64,000 bases of DNA from Acidobacteriota bacterium (GCA_963663035.1 OY760074.1:2240001-2304000); one strand, 5' to 3'. Shown: positions 18,577 through 29,094, numbered from the stretch's first letter. Numbers and translations: made by a program. Notes: a model not told the origin generated them from the sequence alone.

Positions 18577-19343
18577 ACGACTATAACCCAGCTGAGCTCA
18601 CAGTAATCATGGGCTCTCGTGCTTTACAAGATGGTCAGATTGTGTTCGCCGGAGCTGGGCTTCCACTGCTCTCGGCGATTCTGGCCCAGAAGCTACACGC
18701 ACCCAGCTTGGCCATCCTCTTCGAGGTTGGAGGTGTCGCACCCATCATCAAAAATCTGCCGCGCTCAACGAATGAAGCACGATCGGTACGCCGTTCCGTA
18801 GCCACCCCTGCCACAGTCGACATGATGCTCTATCTCCAGCGGGGTTTCGTCGATGTCGGCTTTCTGGGAGGTGCACAGATCGACCGTCACGGAAATATCA
18901 ACAGCAGCTGCATCGGGACACCAGAGAAGCCAAAGGTCAGGCTGCCGGGAAGTGGTGGGGCCAATGATATCGCCAGTTCCGCCAATAAGGTCTTCATCAT
19001 CAGCTACCATGAAAAGAGACGCTTTGTGGAAGAGGTGGACTACGTGACCAGTCCCGGTTTCTTAAACGGTGGAGATGCTCGAGAGAAGACGGGATTACTG
19101 GGCGGAGGAGTAGAGAGGGTCATCACGAATCTGGGTGTCCTGGAGTTCGAAGCTAAAACCCGGGAAATGCAGCTAACAGCCCTACACCCGGGCATCAGTG
19201 AGGAAGAAGTCCTGGAAAAAACTGGTTTCAACCTGAATATCTGTGAGGACTTGGAGGTTACCACGCCTCCATCGGATGAGGAGTTAGAGTCTCTCCGTGC
19301 ACTCGATCCCGAAAAACGATACCTCAAAGCCGGAGAGTTTTAA
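18564..19343 (+). CDS. Class I CoA-transferase subunit B
   Basis: Putative catalytic Glu in LFEVG, plus FLGGAQID..GN and RLPGSGGANDI. Confidence 0.88.
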   Translation: MAAVNDYNPAELTVIMGSRALQDGQIVFAGAGLPLLSAILAQKLHAPSLAILFEVGGVAPIIKNLPRSTNEARSVRRSVATPATVDMMLYLQRGFVDVGFLGGAQIDRHGNINSSCIGTPEKPKVRLPGSGGANDIASSANKVFIISYHEKRRFVEEVDYVTSPGFLNGGDAREKTGLLGGGVERVITNLGVLEFEAKTREMQLTALHPGISEEEVLEKTGFNLNICEDLEVTTPPSDEELESLRALDPEKRYLKAGEF

Positions 19344-19388
19344 GGCTCGCTCGACGCGAGTTCACAAACCAAAAGGGAGAAAGACGCG

Positions 19389-20756
19389 ATGCTTGGTAAT
19401 GATTTCAGGAGCTTTCTTCAAGAAATGAAGAAGAAGCTCCCCTCAAACTATCTCGAGATTGACAAGGAGATTTCTCCGCTCTACGAAACGACCGCCATAG
19501 TCACCAAATTGGAGAGGCAGAAACGCACCCCCATTCTGCACTTTAAAAACGTCAAGGACACCGAGTTCCCGGTCGTGGTCAATACCTGTGCTTCGCGCAC
19601 CACGGTGGCAGCTGCTCTAGATGTGGACAAGCGTGAACTGCCCCAGAAGTATCGGGATGCTTTGAACAACCTCATCGAACCGGAGCTCATCGAGAAGGGG
19701 CCGGTACAGGAAGTTGTTCAGGTGGGTGATCAGGTAGACATTTTAAAGCTCCCTCAGATGCGCTATCACGATACGGACGGCGCCTCCTACATCAGTGGCG
19801 GCATTGTCATGGCCAAGGATCCGGACACCGGTGCCTACAACAGCAGCTATGACCGATTGATGATCAAGGGTTCCAAGAAGCTGGGAATCTATATGACGCC
19901 CGGGAAGCACCTCAGTCAGATCTACGAGAAGGCTGAGCAGCGAAATGAGCCTATGGAGTTGGCCATCGCTTTGGGAAACCACCCTGCCTGGTGTATGGGG
20001 GCTCTCTTCATTGGTTCCTATGCCACAGATGAGCGGCATGTGATGGGGGGCTTAATGGGTTCTCCTCTGGAAGTGGTTCAGGCACAGACCGTGGACTTGC
20101 AGGTGCCGGCCCGATCCGAAATTGTGATTGAGGGCGAGATACCTCCCTTTGAACGCGAAGAGGAAGGTCCCTACGGCGAGTTTACGGGGTACTCAGCCGG
20201 CCAGGTGCGCCGGCCGTTTATCAATGTCAAAGCCATCACTCATCGTAAGGGCGCCATCTTTCAGGATATTTGCGGTGGACCCCACAGAGAACTGCTGCTG
20301 ATGAGTACGATTCCCATGGAACCCAGCATCCTCGATTTCCTGCAAAAAAATATTCCAGCTGTTCAAAGCGTCCGCTGCCCAGCTCCCTTTACCTTATTCG
20401 TTTCCATCAAGAAGTCACGGGACGGGCAGGCCAAGCAGGTTCTTCTGACGGCGTTCGCCGCCGACATGCAAGTGAAACATTGTGTCGTCGTAGATGATGA
20501 TATAGACCTGACCAACAGCCAGGCAGTCATCCAGGCCATCGCAACCCGAGCTCAGGGGGACAGAGATCTGTTCATCGTCAAGGGTGTCTCCCACGATGAG
20601 CTGGACCCCTCCAGGCCGGAGGGAAAACCCATTAGCGACAAGGTGGGGATCGATGCCACCGCAAAACCGTCACTGGAGATTTTTGCGGACAAGCCAAAGG
20701 TCCCGGCAGAGGTCATGGAGCGGATCAATTTAGAGGACTACGTGGGCAAGGACTGA
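19389..20756 (+). CDS. UbiD-family (prFMN) decarboxylase
   Basis: EGPYGEFTGY (E-x4-E), VVVDDDID and GIDAT motifs. Confidence 0.92.
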   Translation: MLGNDFRSFLQEMKKKLPSNYLEIDKEISPLYETTAIVTKLERQKRTPILHFKNVKDTEFPVVVNTCASRTTVAAALDVDKRELPQKYRDALNNLIEPELIEKGPVQEVVQVGDQVDILKLPQMRYHDTDGASYISGGIVMAKDPDTGAYNSSYDRLMIKGSKKLGIYMTPGKHLSQIYEKAEQRNEPMELAIALGNHPAWCMGALFIGSYATDERHVMGGLMGSPLEVVQAQTVDLQVPARSEIVIEGEIPPFEREEEGPYGEFTGYSAGQVRRPFINVKAITHRKGAIFQDICGGPHRELLLMSTIPMEPSILDFLQKNIPAVQSVRCPAPFTLFVSIKKSRDGQAKQVLLTAFAADMQVKHCVVVDDDIDLTNSQAVIQAIATRAQGDRDLFIVKGVSHDELDPSRPEGKPISDKVGIDATAKPSLEIFADKPKVPAEVMERINLEDYVGKD

Positions 20757-20760
20757 ATCT

Positions 20761-21714
20761 ATGGTGAGATCTTACAAAGAATTAAGGGAAGTCATCGAGA
20801 ACAAGGACCGGGGATTGCGGGAGAAGGTGATGTCTCTGACAGAGGCGATCAGTCTGATCCAGGATGGTGACCATGTGGCTGCCGGAGGATGTCACTACTC
20901 CAGGACGCCTATGGCGGCTATCTGGGAGATCATTCGGCAGAAGAAAAAGGAGCTGGTTTACTCCAGGAGTATCTCCTCAACCGATGGAGACCTGCTCCTG
21001 GTGTCGGGAGCCACTCAACACGTCATCACCAGCTGGTTCAGTCCGGGAGTCACCTGGGGTGTGTCACGGGCCATGCGCCACTATATCCAGGAAAAGCTGG
21101 CCGTCTACGAGGAGTGGAGCCACATGACTCTTGGTCTCCGCTACCGTGCCGGCGCTATGGGGATTCCCTTTATTCCTGCCAGATCCATGTTGGGCTCTGA
21201 CCTTCTCCCCCGCTTGACGGAGATCAAAGAGATGCAGTGCCCTTATACAGGAGAGAAACTCGCTTTAATCCCAGCCCTCAATCCCAATGTGGCCATCCTG
21301 CACACCCAGCGCTGCGACTCCTATGGAAATGTCCAGAGCGAGGGACTCCCCTTTATGGACGATGATATTGCCCGTGCCGCCGACAAGGTGATTGTCACGA
21401 CCGAGAGAATCATCAGCAACGATCAGGTCAGAAGAGCGCCCGACCGGACCTCCATCCCCTTCTTCATGGTCGACGCGGTGGTAGAGGTTCCCTATGGGTG
21501 TCTTCCTCACGAATGTTATGGGTACTATGAGCCCGATTTCAGTCACATGGACTACTACGTGAAGCTGATGATGGGAAAAGGACCTGAAGGTGTTCAGGAA
21601 TACCTTGAGCAGTACGTGTACGCTCCAGAGTCCTGGTCCCATTTTCTGGGGATGTTAGACTTCAAGGATATCCTTCAGGCGACGAAGGATGGAAGAAGTG
21701 TTTACAATGACTAA
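20761..21714 (+). CDS. Class I CoA-transferase subunit A (second paralog)
   Basis: Paralog of 17629-18576 (RTPM..WEIIRQKK, TSWFS.GVTWGVS, PHECYG.YEP). Confidence 0.88.
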   Translation: MVRSYKELREVIENKDRGLREKVMSLTEAISLIQDGDHVAAGGCHYSRTPMAAIWEIIRQKKKELVYSRSISSTDGDLLLVSGATQHVITSWFSPGVTWGVSRAMRHYIQEKLAVYEEWSHMTLGLRYRAGAMGIPFIPARSMLGSDLLPRLTEIKEMQCPYTGEKLALIPALNPNVAILHTQRCDSYGNVQSEGLPFMDDDIARAADKVIVTTERIISNDQVRRAPDRTSIPFFMVDAVVEVPYGCLPHECYGYYEPDFSHMDYYVKLMMGKGPEGVQEYLEQYVYAPESWSHFLGMLDFKDILQATKDGRSVYND

Positions 21715-22486
21715 CCCTTACAACACTGCCGAGCTGGTCGCGATCATGAGCGCCAGAATCCTGGAAGACGGAAAGATCGTCTTCGGTGGAGCTGGCATGC
21801 CGCTCATTTCGTGTGTCCTGGCCCAAAAGATGCACGCCCCTCGACTGACAATCCTTTTTGAAGGGGGTGTGATCGGTCCTCACATTGAACCCAACAAATT
21901 GCCTCCTTCCACAAACGAGCAGAGAGCAGCGCGAAGAGGCAACATGCATCTCACCATCACCGATGTCCTCCTTCTTCAACAGCGTGGCTACGTGGACTAC
22001 GGTTTTCTTGGTGGCGCTCAGATTGACCAATTCGGAAACTTGAACAGCTCCTTCATCGGTGATGCGGACAACCCCCGGGTGCGCCTGCCGGGAACAGGTG
22101 GGGCCAACGATATCGCCAGCCTGGCATCGAAGATCTTGATCGCCATGCACCACGAGAAAAGGCGCTTCGTGGAAAAGGTCGATTTCATCACCACCCCGGG
22201 ATACCTTCAGGGAGGAGACAGTCGCGAGAAGGCCGGTTTGACCGCGGGAGGGATCTACAAGGTGATCACTCATCTAGGCCTGTTCGGCTTTGACCCAACC
22301 ACCCGCAGGATGTGCCTGGAAGCCCTCCACCCCGGGGCCAGCGTTGAAGAAGTGGCAGAGAGAACCGACTTTGAGATGCTCATGCCCGATGAGATTCAGT
22401 ACACCCAGCCGCCCACGGAGGAAGAGCTTCGAATACTCAGGGAGTTGGACCCCGATCAACGTTATACGCGAGCCAAAGAAGAGTAG
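21707..22486 (+). CDS. Class I CoA-transferase subunit B (second paralog)
   Basis: LFEGG, FLGGAQID and RLPGTGGANDI motifs; ATGACTAA overlap with subunit A. Confidence 0.88.
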   Translation: MTNPYNTAELVAIMSARILEDGKIVFGGAGMPLISCVLAQKMHAPRLTILFEGGVIGPHIEPNKLPPSTNEQRAARRGNMHLTITDVLLLQQRGYVDYGFLGGAQIDQFGNLNSSFIGDADNPRVRLPGTGGANDIASLASKILIAMHHEKRRFVEKVDFITTPGYLQGGDSREKAGLTAGGIYKVITHLGLFGFDPTTRRMCLEALHPGASVEEVAERTDFEMLMPDEIQYTQPPTEEELRILRELDPDQRYTRAKEE

Positions 22487-22493
22487 AAAGACG

Positions 22494-22694
22494 TTACTGC
22501 TGTCTGACTCGAAAGGGGAACGACAGGAAGCCAGCTGCGGCGACGTAAGGAACGAGTTCTCCCCATATCCGAGGCTCATCGATGAGCCCCACCACGAACA
22601 TCGCGCAAGCAAACACGGGTACAACAATCAATTGCCTTCTCAGGACGACCGGCACGTTCTTCCAGAATACCAGTAGCGGAACCCACAGGTAACC
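22494..22694 (-). pseudogene. 3' remnant of a membrane-protein gene cut by the IS3 end
   Basis: Hydrophobic open frame GYLWVPLLVFW...GLIDEPRIWGELVPY... begins exactly at the IS3 terminus. Confidence 0.5.
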
Positions 22695-22788
22695 TGACCT
22701 GCCCCCACGAACGAGTCCACCCTCTATGCTAGACCCGGGACCATTTGAAGTCCACTCCAAGGGATTGGATCCAGTGCCTGCGACCTAG

Positions 22789-24427
22789 CCCGGATTATTC
22801 ATAAATTCTGAAGAAGGGGTCTGATCGAGGGCACAAAAAGATGCCGTACCTCTTTGATATAAAAGGGGTTATGAAACAACTCCAAACCAAAAAGGTACGG
22901 CCCAGCGATGCATCAGTCTGCCAGATCAACTTGCCATCTCACCCTGACAGAAAAGTGGTGGCTCGATTCGATGGAGGCCGGCTCTCCTCCGATGCCGGGC
23001 TGCTGTGTCTGTACGCCCTGGATCAACAGCACGGACTGACGGCTGGCTTTGCCTCCTGCCTGAAGGACGCTCGAGATAGCCGCTACGTCCGCCACCAGAT
23101 TCGCGAACTGCTCACCCAGCGCAGCTTTCAGATCGTGGCCGGCTATGAGGACTGCAACGATGCCGACAGCTTGCGCTCGGATCCCATCTTCAAGACCGTG
23201 TGTGATCGGCTGCCGGAAAGCGATCCGGATCTGGCTTCTCAACCCACGCTGTCGCGACTGGAGAACTCGGTGGACTCGAAGGATCTCACTCGCCTGGGAC
23301 AGTGGCTGCTGGAGACCTACTTGAAGCACCGCAAGAAGAGCCGGCCCGAGAAGATCATCCTGGACATCGACAGCACGGATGACGTCACGCATGGGCAGCA
23401 GGAGTTCAGCTTTTACCACGGCTATTATCGCGAGCACATGTATCATCCGCTGCTGCTATTCGATGGCGAGACGGGCGATCTGGTATGTGCGCTACTGCGG
23501 CCCGGCAACCAGGGGGCGGCCGCCCACGCGGTGGCGGTTCTCAAACGGGTGGTGGCCCGGATGCGCCAGGTTCTGGGATCCGATGTTCCGATCGAAGTGC
23601 GAGCCGACAGTGGCTTTGCGACGCCGGCACTGTACGAGTTCTGTGAGGAGGAAAAACTGCAGTATGTGGTGGGCTTTGCCCGCAACTCCCGGCTGGCGGC
23701 CACCGTCGAGCCCTTGGTTGAGCAGGTGCAAGCAGACTATGACGACTCAGGAGAAAAGCAACGCCAGTTCACCGAGCTCGTCTATCAGGCCGACAGTTGG
23801 GACCGGGAGCGGCGCATGGTGGCCAAGGTGGAAGTGAGCGAGCGCGGGTTCAACCGTCGCTTTGTGGTCACCAACCGCCAGGATCTCACGGCCGGGCAGC
23901 TGTATGACCACTACATCGGACGGGGCCAGTGCGAGAACTTCGTGAAAGCTTTCAAAAAAGATCTGGCCATGGATCGCTTGAGCTGCCACCGTTTCCTGGC
24001 CAACCAGTTCCGACTCTTCATCCACGCCCTGGCCTATGTCTTAATCCTGCGCCTGCGGGATTACCTGTGCGGGACTCCCTGGCACAACCTGGAGATTGAG
24101 ACGCTCCGCCGCCGCCTGTTCAAAATCGGTGCCCGGGTTCGGGAAACTTCTCGTCGCATCTGGGTGCACCTGGCATCGTCTTATCCCGAACAAAAGCTCT
24201 TCGCATTACTGATGCACCGTCTGTGTCCCACCTGACGGTCCCCTGACTCCCTGCGCCAACACAGATATACAGCCCCCTGCGGGCCGAGCTGTTTCCGGAA
24301 GGGGCTCTCGCTTCATCTCTATTCGGCTCAACAAGCTTGGACGCCTTGTAATCGCACCTGAACACACTCTCAGCCCTGAACTTCCGCAGAAAATCGACAC
24401 TCACCCCAAACTTATGAATAATTGCGG
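22789..24427 (+). mobile_element. IS1380-family insertion sequence
   Basis: IRs CCCGGATTATTCATAA and rc CCGCAATTATTCATAA, with a CTAG duplication at 22785-22788 and 24428-24431. Confidence 0.92.
22841..24235 (+). CDS. IS1380-family DDE transposase
   Basis: FDGG.LSSDAG, GYED.ND, LDIDST, RADSGF and Y..RG..EN..K motifs. Confidence 0.93.
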   Translation: MPYLFDIKGVMKQLQTKKVRPSDASVCQINLPSHPDRKVVARFDGGRLSSDAGLLCLYALDQQHGLTAGFASCLKDARDSRYVRHQIRELLTQRSFQIVAGYEDCNDADSLRSDPIFKTVCDRLPESDPDLASQPTLSRLENSVDSKDLTRLGQWLLETYLKHRKKSRPEKIILDIDSTDDVTHGQQEFSFYHGYYREHMYHPLLLFDGETGDLVCALLRPGNQGAAAHAVAVLKRVVARMRQVLGSDVPIEVRADSGFATPALYEFCEEEKLQYVVGFARNSRLAATVEPLVEQVQADYDDSGEKQRQFTELVYQADSWDRERRMVAKVEVSERGFNRRFVVTNRQDLTAGQLYDHYIGRGQCENFVKAFKKDLAMDRLSCHRFLANQFRLFIHALAYVLILRLRDYLCGTPWHNLEIETLRRRLFKIGARVRETSRRIWVHLASSYPEQKLFALLMHRLCPT

Positions 24428-25263
24428 CTAGGTAGTTTGGCCTCTGGCGCCGGCGGCCGATAGGCCAAGGCGCTGTGAGGCCGGATCTGATTGTAATCCC
24501 TCCGCCAGCGTTCTACCAACACCTTGGCTTCCCCCAGCGTGTCGAAGATCTCCATGTTCAGCAGCTCATCCCGTAGTTTCCCGTTGAAACTCTCAATGTA
24601 CCCATTCTCCCAGGGGCTGCCCGGCTCGATGTACAAGGTCCTTACCCCAACAGCCTGCAGCCAGTCCCGGACCGCCTGTGCCGTAAACTCCGATCCGTTA
24701 TCGGACCGGATAAACTCAGGCACTCCCCGATCAACGAATAACTCCGCCAGCCGGTCCAACACGTCTTGGCGATTCATCTGCCGTTTCACATCAATGGCGA
24801 GGCACTCTCTGGTGTACTCATCCAGGATCGTCAATAGCCGAAAGGCTCGCCCATCATGGGTCCGTTCATGCACGAAATCATAGCTCCAGACGTGGTTCTT
24901 GCGAGCCGCTCGTAACCGAACACAGGAACCGTCATTAAGCCACAGCCTCCTTCGTTTCGGCTGTCTGGACGGGACTTTCAGCCCTTCTTGTCTCCACAGC
25001 CTCTCCACCCGCTTAGGATTCACCTTCCACCCTTCCCCATGAAGTATCGCCGTGACCCGCCGGTAGCCATAACGCCCGTATTGCGTAGCCAACTCCACCA
25101 TCCGGGCCACCAATCGGGCCTCATCATCGGGAATTTGCCTTTCCCTTCGCTGGGTCGATCGAACCTGTCCCAGCACTTGGCAGGCCCGACGTTCGGAGAC
25201 TCGCTCTGCTCCTAATCGCTCTCGTACCCACATCACCGCTCGTCTCCTGTTCGCCGGGTCTAG
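24412..25263 (-). CDS. IS3 OrfB transposase (DDE); native C-terminus displaced by IS1380
   Basis: YGYRR, WSYDF, SDNG.EF, PW.NG.IESFN and RPHSAL motifs. Confidence 0.9.
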   Translation of the reverse strand, partial: LDPANRRRAVMWVRERLGAERVSERRACQVLGQVRSTQRRERQIPDDEARLVARMVELATQYGRYGYRRVTAILHGEGWKVNPKRVERLWRQEGLKVPSRQPKRRRLWLNDGSCVRLRAARKNHVWSYDFVHERTHDGRAFRLLTILDEYTRECLAIDVKRQMNRQDVLDRLAELFVDRGVPEFIRSDNGSEFTAQAVRDWLQAVGVRTLYIEPGSPWENGYIESFNGKLRDELLNMEIFDTLGEAKVLVERWRRDYNQIRPHSALAYRPPAPEAKLPSRNYS

Positions 25264-25538
25264 AAGTTTCCCGAGGACACTTCCTTCAGGATCTGCTTGT
25301 CCAAAGACAGATCCGCCACCAGCTTCTTCAACCGGGTATTCTCCTTCTCCAACACCTTCAACCTCTTGGCCTGGTCCAACCGGAGCCCTCCGTACTCTTT
25401 GCGCCACCGGTAGTAGGTCTGCTCGCTCACCCCCATCTGCTTCGACACCTGTCCCACCCTCTGTCCTTGGGCCAGACCCACCTCTGCCTCACGCAGCTTC
25501 ATGATGATCTGTTCTGCCCTAAACCGCTTCCCTGCCAT
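25260..25538 (-). CDS. IS3 OrfA (HTH protein)
   Basis: [21 protein letters not shown] pattern and a leucine zipper. Confidence 0.9.
   Translation of the reverse strand: MAGKRFRAEQIIMKLREAEVGLAQGQRVGQVSKQMGVSEQTYYRWRKEYGGLRLDQAKRLKVLEKENTRLKKLVADLSLDKQILKEVSSGNF
25266..25272 (-). promoter_or_regulatory. -1 frameshift slippery heptamer G-GGA-AAC at the orfA/orfB overlap
   Basis: The plus strand reads GTTTCCC, an X-XXY-YYZ pattern at the end of orfA as in IS3 elements. Confidence 0.75.
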
Positions 25539-25604
25539 CCTTGCCTCCTTCCTAAACCGGAAATCCTAACATTCAAACTGGACTCGTTTTAGGGGGCAAG
25601 GTCA

Positions 25605-26309
25605 GAGGACACTGCGCCCCAGAGAACGTCCACTAGCCAAGCCGTCCACCCAGGCCACTGAGTAGGTATAGTCCTGGTCCTCCTCTTCCAACAATCGCAT
25701 GGTTTCATCCAGGTTCGGAGTGCGCTGATACTGGACGCGAATGAAGGCTGTCTCAATGGGACGTAACTGTAAGCTGACGCTTAGAATCATTCCCGTGAGT
25801 CCCATACCGCCCACGGTTGCCCAAAAAAGATCGGAGTTTTCCTCTCTGGAGAGACGAACCTGCTGGCCATTGGCCTGCAATAGCTCCAAGTCGAGAAGAA
25901 AATTGGAAAGCGACCCGTCCTGGTGATGATTCTTTCCGTGAACATCACAGGCAACCGCGCCCCCGATGGTGACAAATTTGGTGCCGGGGGTCACGGGTAG
26001 GAACCATCCCCGGGGTACGAAGATTTTCAGGATCTCCTCTAGCGTCACGCCAGCTTCACAGCTCAACACGCCGGTGTCTGGCTCGAAGCTCAAAAAGCGA
26101 TTGATCCGCTCGGTGAGGACAACACCACAATCTCGGTTCAGAGCAGCATCGCCGTAGCTTCTCCCCAAACCACGTCCAATGTAGTTGGTTTCTTTTCGAC
26201 TCTGAAGAACAGCTGCGATGGCACTCACCGTCTCCGGTCGATAGATGTGGCCGCGGCTACTCCGAAAGCATCCCCAGCCGCTGAGTTCTTGGTCGACAAA
26301 CTTGTCCAT
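25605..26309 (-). pseudogene. FAD-binding oxidoreductase (DprE1-like), 3'-truncated by IS3
   Basis: SGWG, RGLGRSYGD, VTPGT.FVT.GGA.A.DVHGKNHH and GGMGLTG motifs; the frame ends at the IS3 terminus. Confidence 0.85.
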
Positions 26310-26399
26310 GGGAGACGGCGGGCCTGATTCTATCAAACTCCCTACGACTGTTTGCGCACCTCTCAAACACAAATCCACCCATGTTTCGCTGCAACTATT

Positions 26400-27224
26400 T
26401 CATTCGATGGCGAGGATCCGGGACCCGTTGGCCCACAGAATCTTGTGCTTGGCTTCCTCACTGAGAGTGAGATTCCTGAATGTCTCCAGGTTGTTGCCGA
26501 TATCGGCGTCCGGCCAATCGCTGCCGAAAAGCACCTTGTCCGAGAGACGCTCCAGATCTGGCCAATAGTCCAGCAGACGCTGAGGAGGCAGACCCGAAAC
26601 ATCGAAGTACACGTTCTTGTGAAGGCGCACCAGCGCAGCTGCTCGATCGTACCAAAGCATTCGTCCACCATGGCACATGATGATGGTCAGGTCGGGAAAG
26701 TCCACCGCCACATCGTCCCAGAAAAGTGGATCGCCGTACTTGATCCGCGAACCTGCGAAGACCGAGCTGCCGGTGTGAGCCATCACCGGGATTCCCAGCT
26801 CCTGCGCCTTGGCATACAGGGGATAGAGCATGGGCTGGTTCGGGTAGAAGTACTGGTAAGTCGGGTACAGCTTCAGGCCCCGGAACCCTTGTTCCTGGAT
26901 CGCCACATCCAAGCCCTTTGCGGGATTGAGCACCATGTACGGATTGAAGGTGCAGAAGGGAATCAACCGGCCATTGCTGGCCGCCGTAAACTTCTGGACG
27001 TAGTCGTTCGGAATCACCGCGGAAGTAATGACCGCTGTTTCGGCCAATACCACGGCATGATCGACACCTGCTTCATCCAGGAGAGCCAGGAAATTCTCAG
27101 GATGAGAATAGGATTCTAGAAACTCGTCCAAGCCTCCTTCTCGGTGGGAACTCAAAAATGCTCTGTACTCGGGCGGCATGTTGGGGTCGGGACGAACCGC
27201 GTGGGTGTGAAAATCCAGAATCAT
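26400..27224 (-). CDS. Amidohydrolase_2-family protein
   Basis: DFHTH, GLKLYP, HTG, CHGG and LFGSDWP motifs. Confidence 0.88.
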   Translation of the reverse strand: MILDFHTHAVRPDPNMPPEYRAFLSSHREGGLDEFLESYSHPENFLALLDEAGVDHAVVLAETAVITSAVIPNDYVQKFTAASNGRLIPFCTFNPYMVLNPAKGLDVAIQEQGFRGLKLYPTYQYFYPNQPMLYPLYAKAQELGIPVMAHTGSSVFAGSRIKYGDPLFWDDVAVDFPDLTIIMCHGGRMLWYDRAAALVRLHKNVYFDVSGLPPQRLLDYWPDLERLSDKVLFGSDWPDADIGNNLETFRNLTLSEEAKHKILWANGSRILAIE

Positions 27225-27374
27225 AATCGAGGCGATTGTAATGGGGGGGAGAAAGAGCGTCAACTAACCGCTGACAAGACCTGGAGCCTGAATTCCGGGC
27301 TCGGTGCGTTGACACCCGAACCTTCCTACTCTACATTCTTTCTAGAATCTGTATGCTCGCTATTTTAAGGAGGA

Positions 27375-28943
27375 TTGATAATGAATGAGGTTGCGGAGCT
27401 CTCCATCCCTGAGAGGATCAATATGGCTTACCAGGCCTGTGATCAGTGGGCTGAGGGTCCTGATTGCGAGAATCTCGCGATGATCCTGGACGACCAAAAG
27501 ATCACCTGGAGCGAACTTCGGGACTCAGTCAACCGAATAGGAAATGCCCTGTTGGGACTGGATATTCAGAAGGGCGATCGAGTCATGCTGAGATCTCAAA
27601 ACTGCCTGGAACTGCACTACGCCATCCTCGCCTGCATGAAGATAGGAGCTGTACCGGTTCCAACCAGCAGTTTGTTTGGTGCCAAGGAGGTCCAACATAT
27701 TCTCAATGACACCCAGGCGGTAGCCGCCATTGTACACTCTGAAAGTCTCGCAGTCTTTGATCAGGTTGAAAGCGAGCTTCTCAAGCACTTGATAGTCATC
27801 GGTGAGAGCAGCGATCAAGGCACTTCTCTGGCAGAGATGATCAAGGATGCTTCCACAGAGCTCAAATGTGAGGACACCAAGAGCAGCGACGAAGCCTTTA
27901 TGCTTTACACCTCAGGTACAACCTCTGTCCCAAAAGGCATTGTCCACGCCCATCGCTGGTTAATCGCCACCGGCGAACCGATTGCGAAAGTTGAAATGGA
28001 GCTGAAACCTGGAGATGTGACGCTGTCAGTCGCTGAGGTCAACTGGATGTATCCGTTTGGTTGCAATTTCTTCTACCCTCTCTACTGCGGTGCAACCGCG
28101 GGCCTTTATCAGGGAAGATTCGACCCGGAGAGGACTTTCGGCTACATAGAAAAATATGGGGCCACACATTTCATTGGCAATCCCACAGTTTTCAAACGAA
28201 TGCTGCTGGTAGAGGAAGCGGAAAAGCGGTGGGACTGCTCCTCCCTGAAGATGGGCTTGAGTTCTGGAGAAACACTGCCTCCTTACGTATTCAAGACCTG
28301 GAAGTCTCACTTTGACTGCGAGATCTATGATTCGATGGGTCAAACAGAGATCCACATCTTTTGTTGCACGAGACCCGGGGTAGTCAAGCTCAGCACCATG
28401 GGGAAGCCTTTTGCCGGAGTCCCGCCTGTGGCTGTACTGGATAAGGATGGAAGCGAAGTTCCAAGCGGTGAAGTGGGGTATCTTGCCATCAGAGGAGACC
28501 ACCCCGGCCTGGCTCTGAGATATGAAAATCAAGAAGAAATCTGGAAATCCAGATTCCAGAAAGGTTGGTACCTCACCGGTGATATGTCGTACATCGATGA
28601 GGAGGGTTTCTTCTGGTTTGTCTCGAGGTCTGATGATCTGATCAAGAGTAGGGGCTACCTGATTAGTCCAAAAGAAGTCGAGGACACCCTGCAGGAACAC
28701 AATGCTGTGCTGGAAGCAGCGGTAGTGGGAAAGAAAGATCAGATTTTAGGCCAGCTCGTGAAGGCCTTCATTGTCCTTCGACCCGACCACAGTCCCTCGG
28801 AAGAACTGGGAGAAGAGCTCCGCCAGATGACTCGCAAATTGATCGCCCCCTATAAGGTTCCGAAGGAAATCGAGTTCATCGATTCATTTCCCAAAACTGT
28901 CACGGGAAAGATTATCAGGAGAGACCTGAGAGACAAGGAGTAA
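27375..28943 (+). CDS. Acyl/aryl-CoA ligase (benzoate-CoA-ligase-like ANL enzyme)
   Basis: YTSGTT..PKG, GQTE, TGD, R.DD.IK and PKT.TGKI motifs. Confidence 0.9.
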   Translation: MIMNEVAELSIPERINMAYQACDQWAEGPDCENLAMILDDQKITWSELRDSVNRIGNALLGLDIQKGDRVMLRSQNCLELHYAILACMKIGAVPVPTSSLFGAKEVQHILNDTQAVAAIVHSESLAVFDQVESELLKHLIVIGESSDQGTSLAEMIKDASTELKCEDTKSSDEAFMLYTSGTTSVPKGIVHAHRWLIATGEPIAKVEMELKPGDVTLSVAEVNWMYPFGCNFFYPLYCGATAGLYQGRFDPERTFGYIEKYGATHFIGNPTVFKRMLLVEEAEKRWDCSSLKMGLSSGETLPPYVFKTWKSHFDCEIYDSMGQTEIHIFCCTRPGVVKLSTMGKPFAGVPPVAVLDKDGSEVPSGEVGYLAIRGDHPGLALRYENQEEIWKSRFQKGWYLTGDMSYIDEEGFFWFVSRSDDLIKSRGYLISPKEVEDTLQEHNAVLEAAVVGKKDQILGQLVKAFIVLRPDHSPSEELGEELRQMTRKLIAPYKVPKEIEFIDSFPKTVTGKIIRRDLRDKE

Positions 28944-28949
28944 TGAAAG

Positions 28950-29094
28950 CCCGAACGATGCATAGGTTTTCGTAACGAGGCGCCGAAAGCGCCGTCCTGA
29001 CCAGGCGCGCGAGGGGTACCCGCTTGCGGGTCGCGCAACGCAGTCAGGGCGGATGATTAGGGAGCCACAGTAGAAAATCTATGCATCGTCCGGG
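28950..29094. mobile_element. MITE family A copy 3 (145 bp, central hairpin deleted)
   Basis: IRs CCCGAACGATGCATAG and rc CCCGGACGATGCATAG. The deletion falls between the AGGGGTACCCGC repeats seen in copy 1. Confidence 0.85.

Larger units (their letters stand above)
22695..25604 (-). mobile_element. IS3-family insertion sequence, interrupted by IS1380
   Basis: IRs TGACCT-GCCCCCACGAACGAGTCCA (22695) and rc TGACCTTGCCCCCTAAAACGAGTCCA (25604), enclosing orfA and orfB. Confidence 0.92.
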
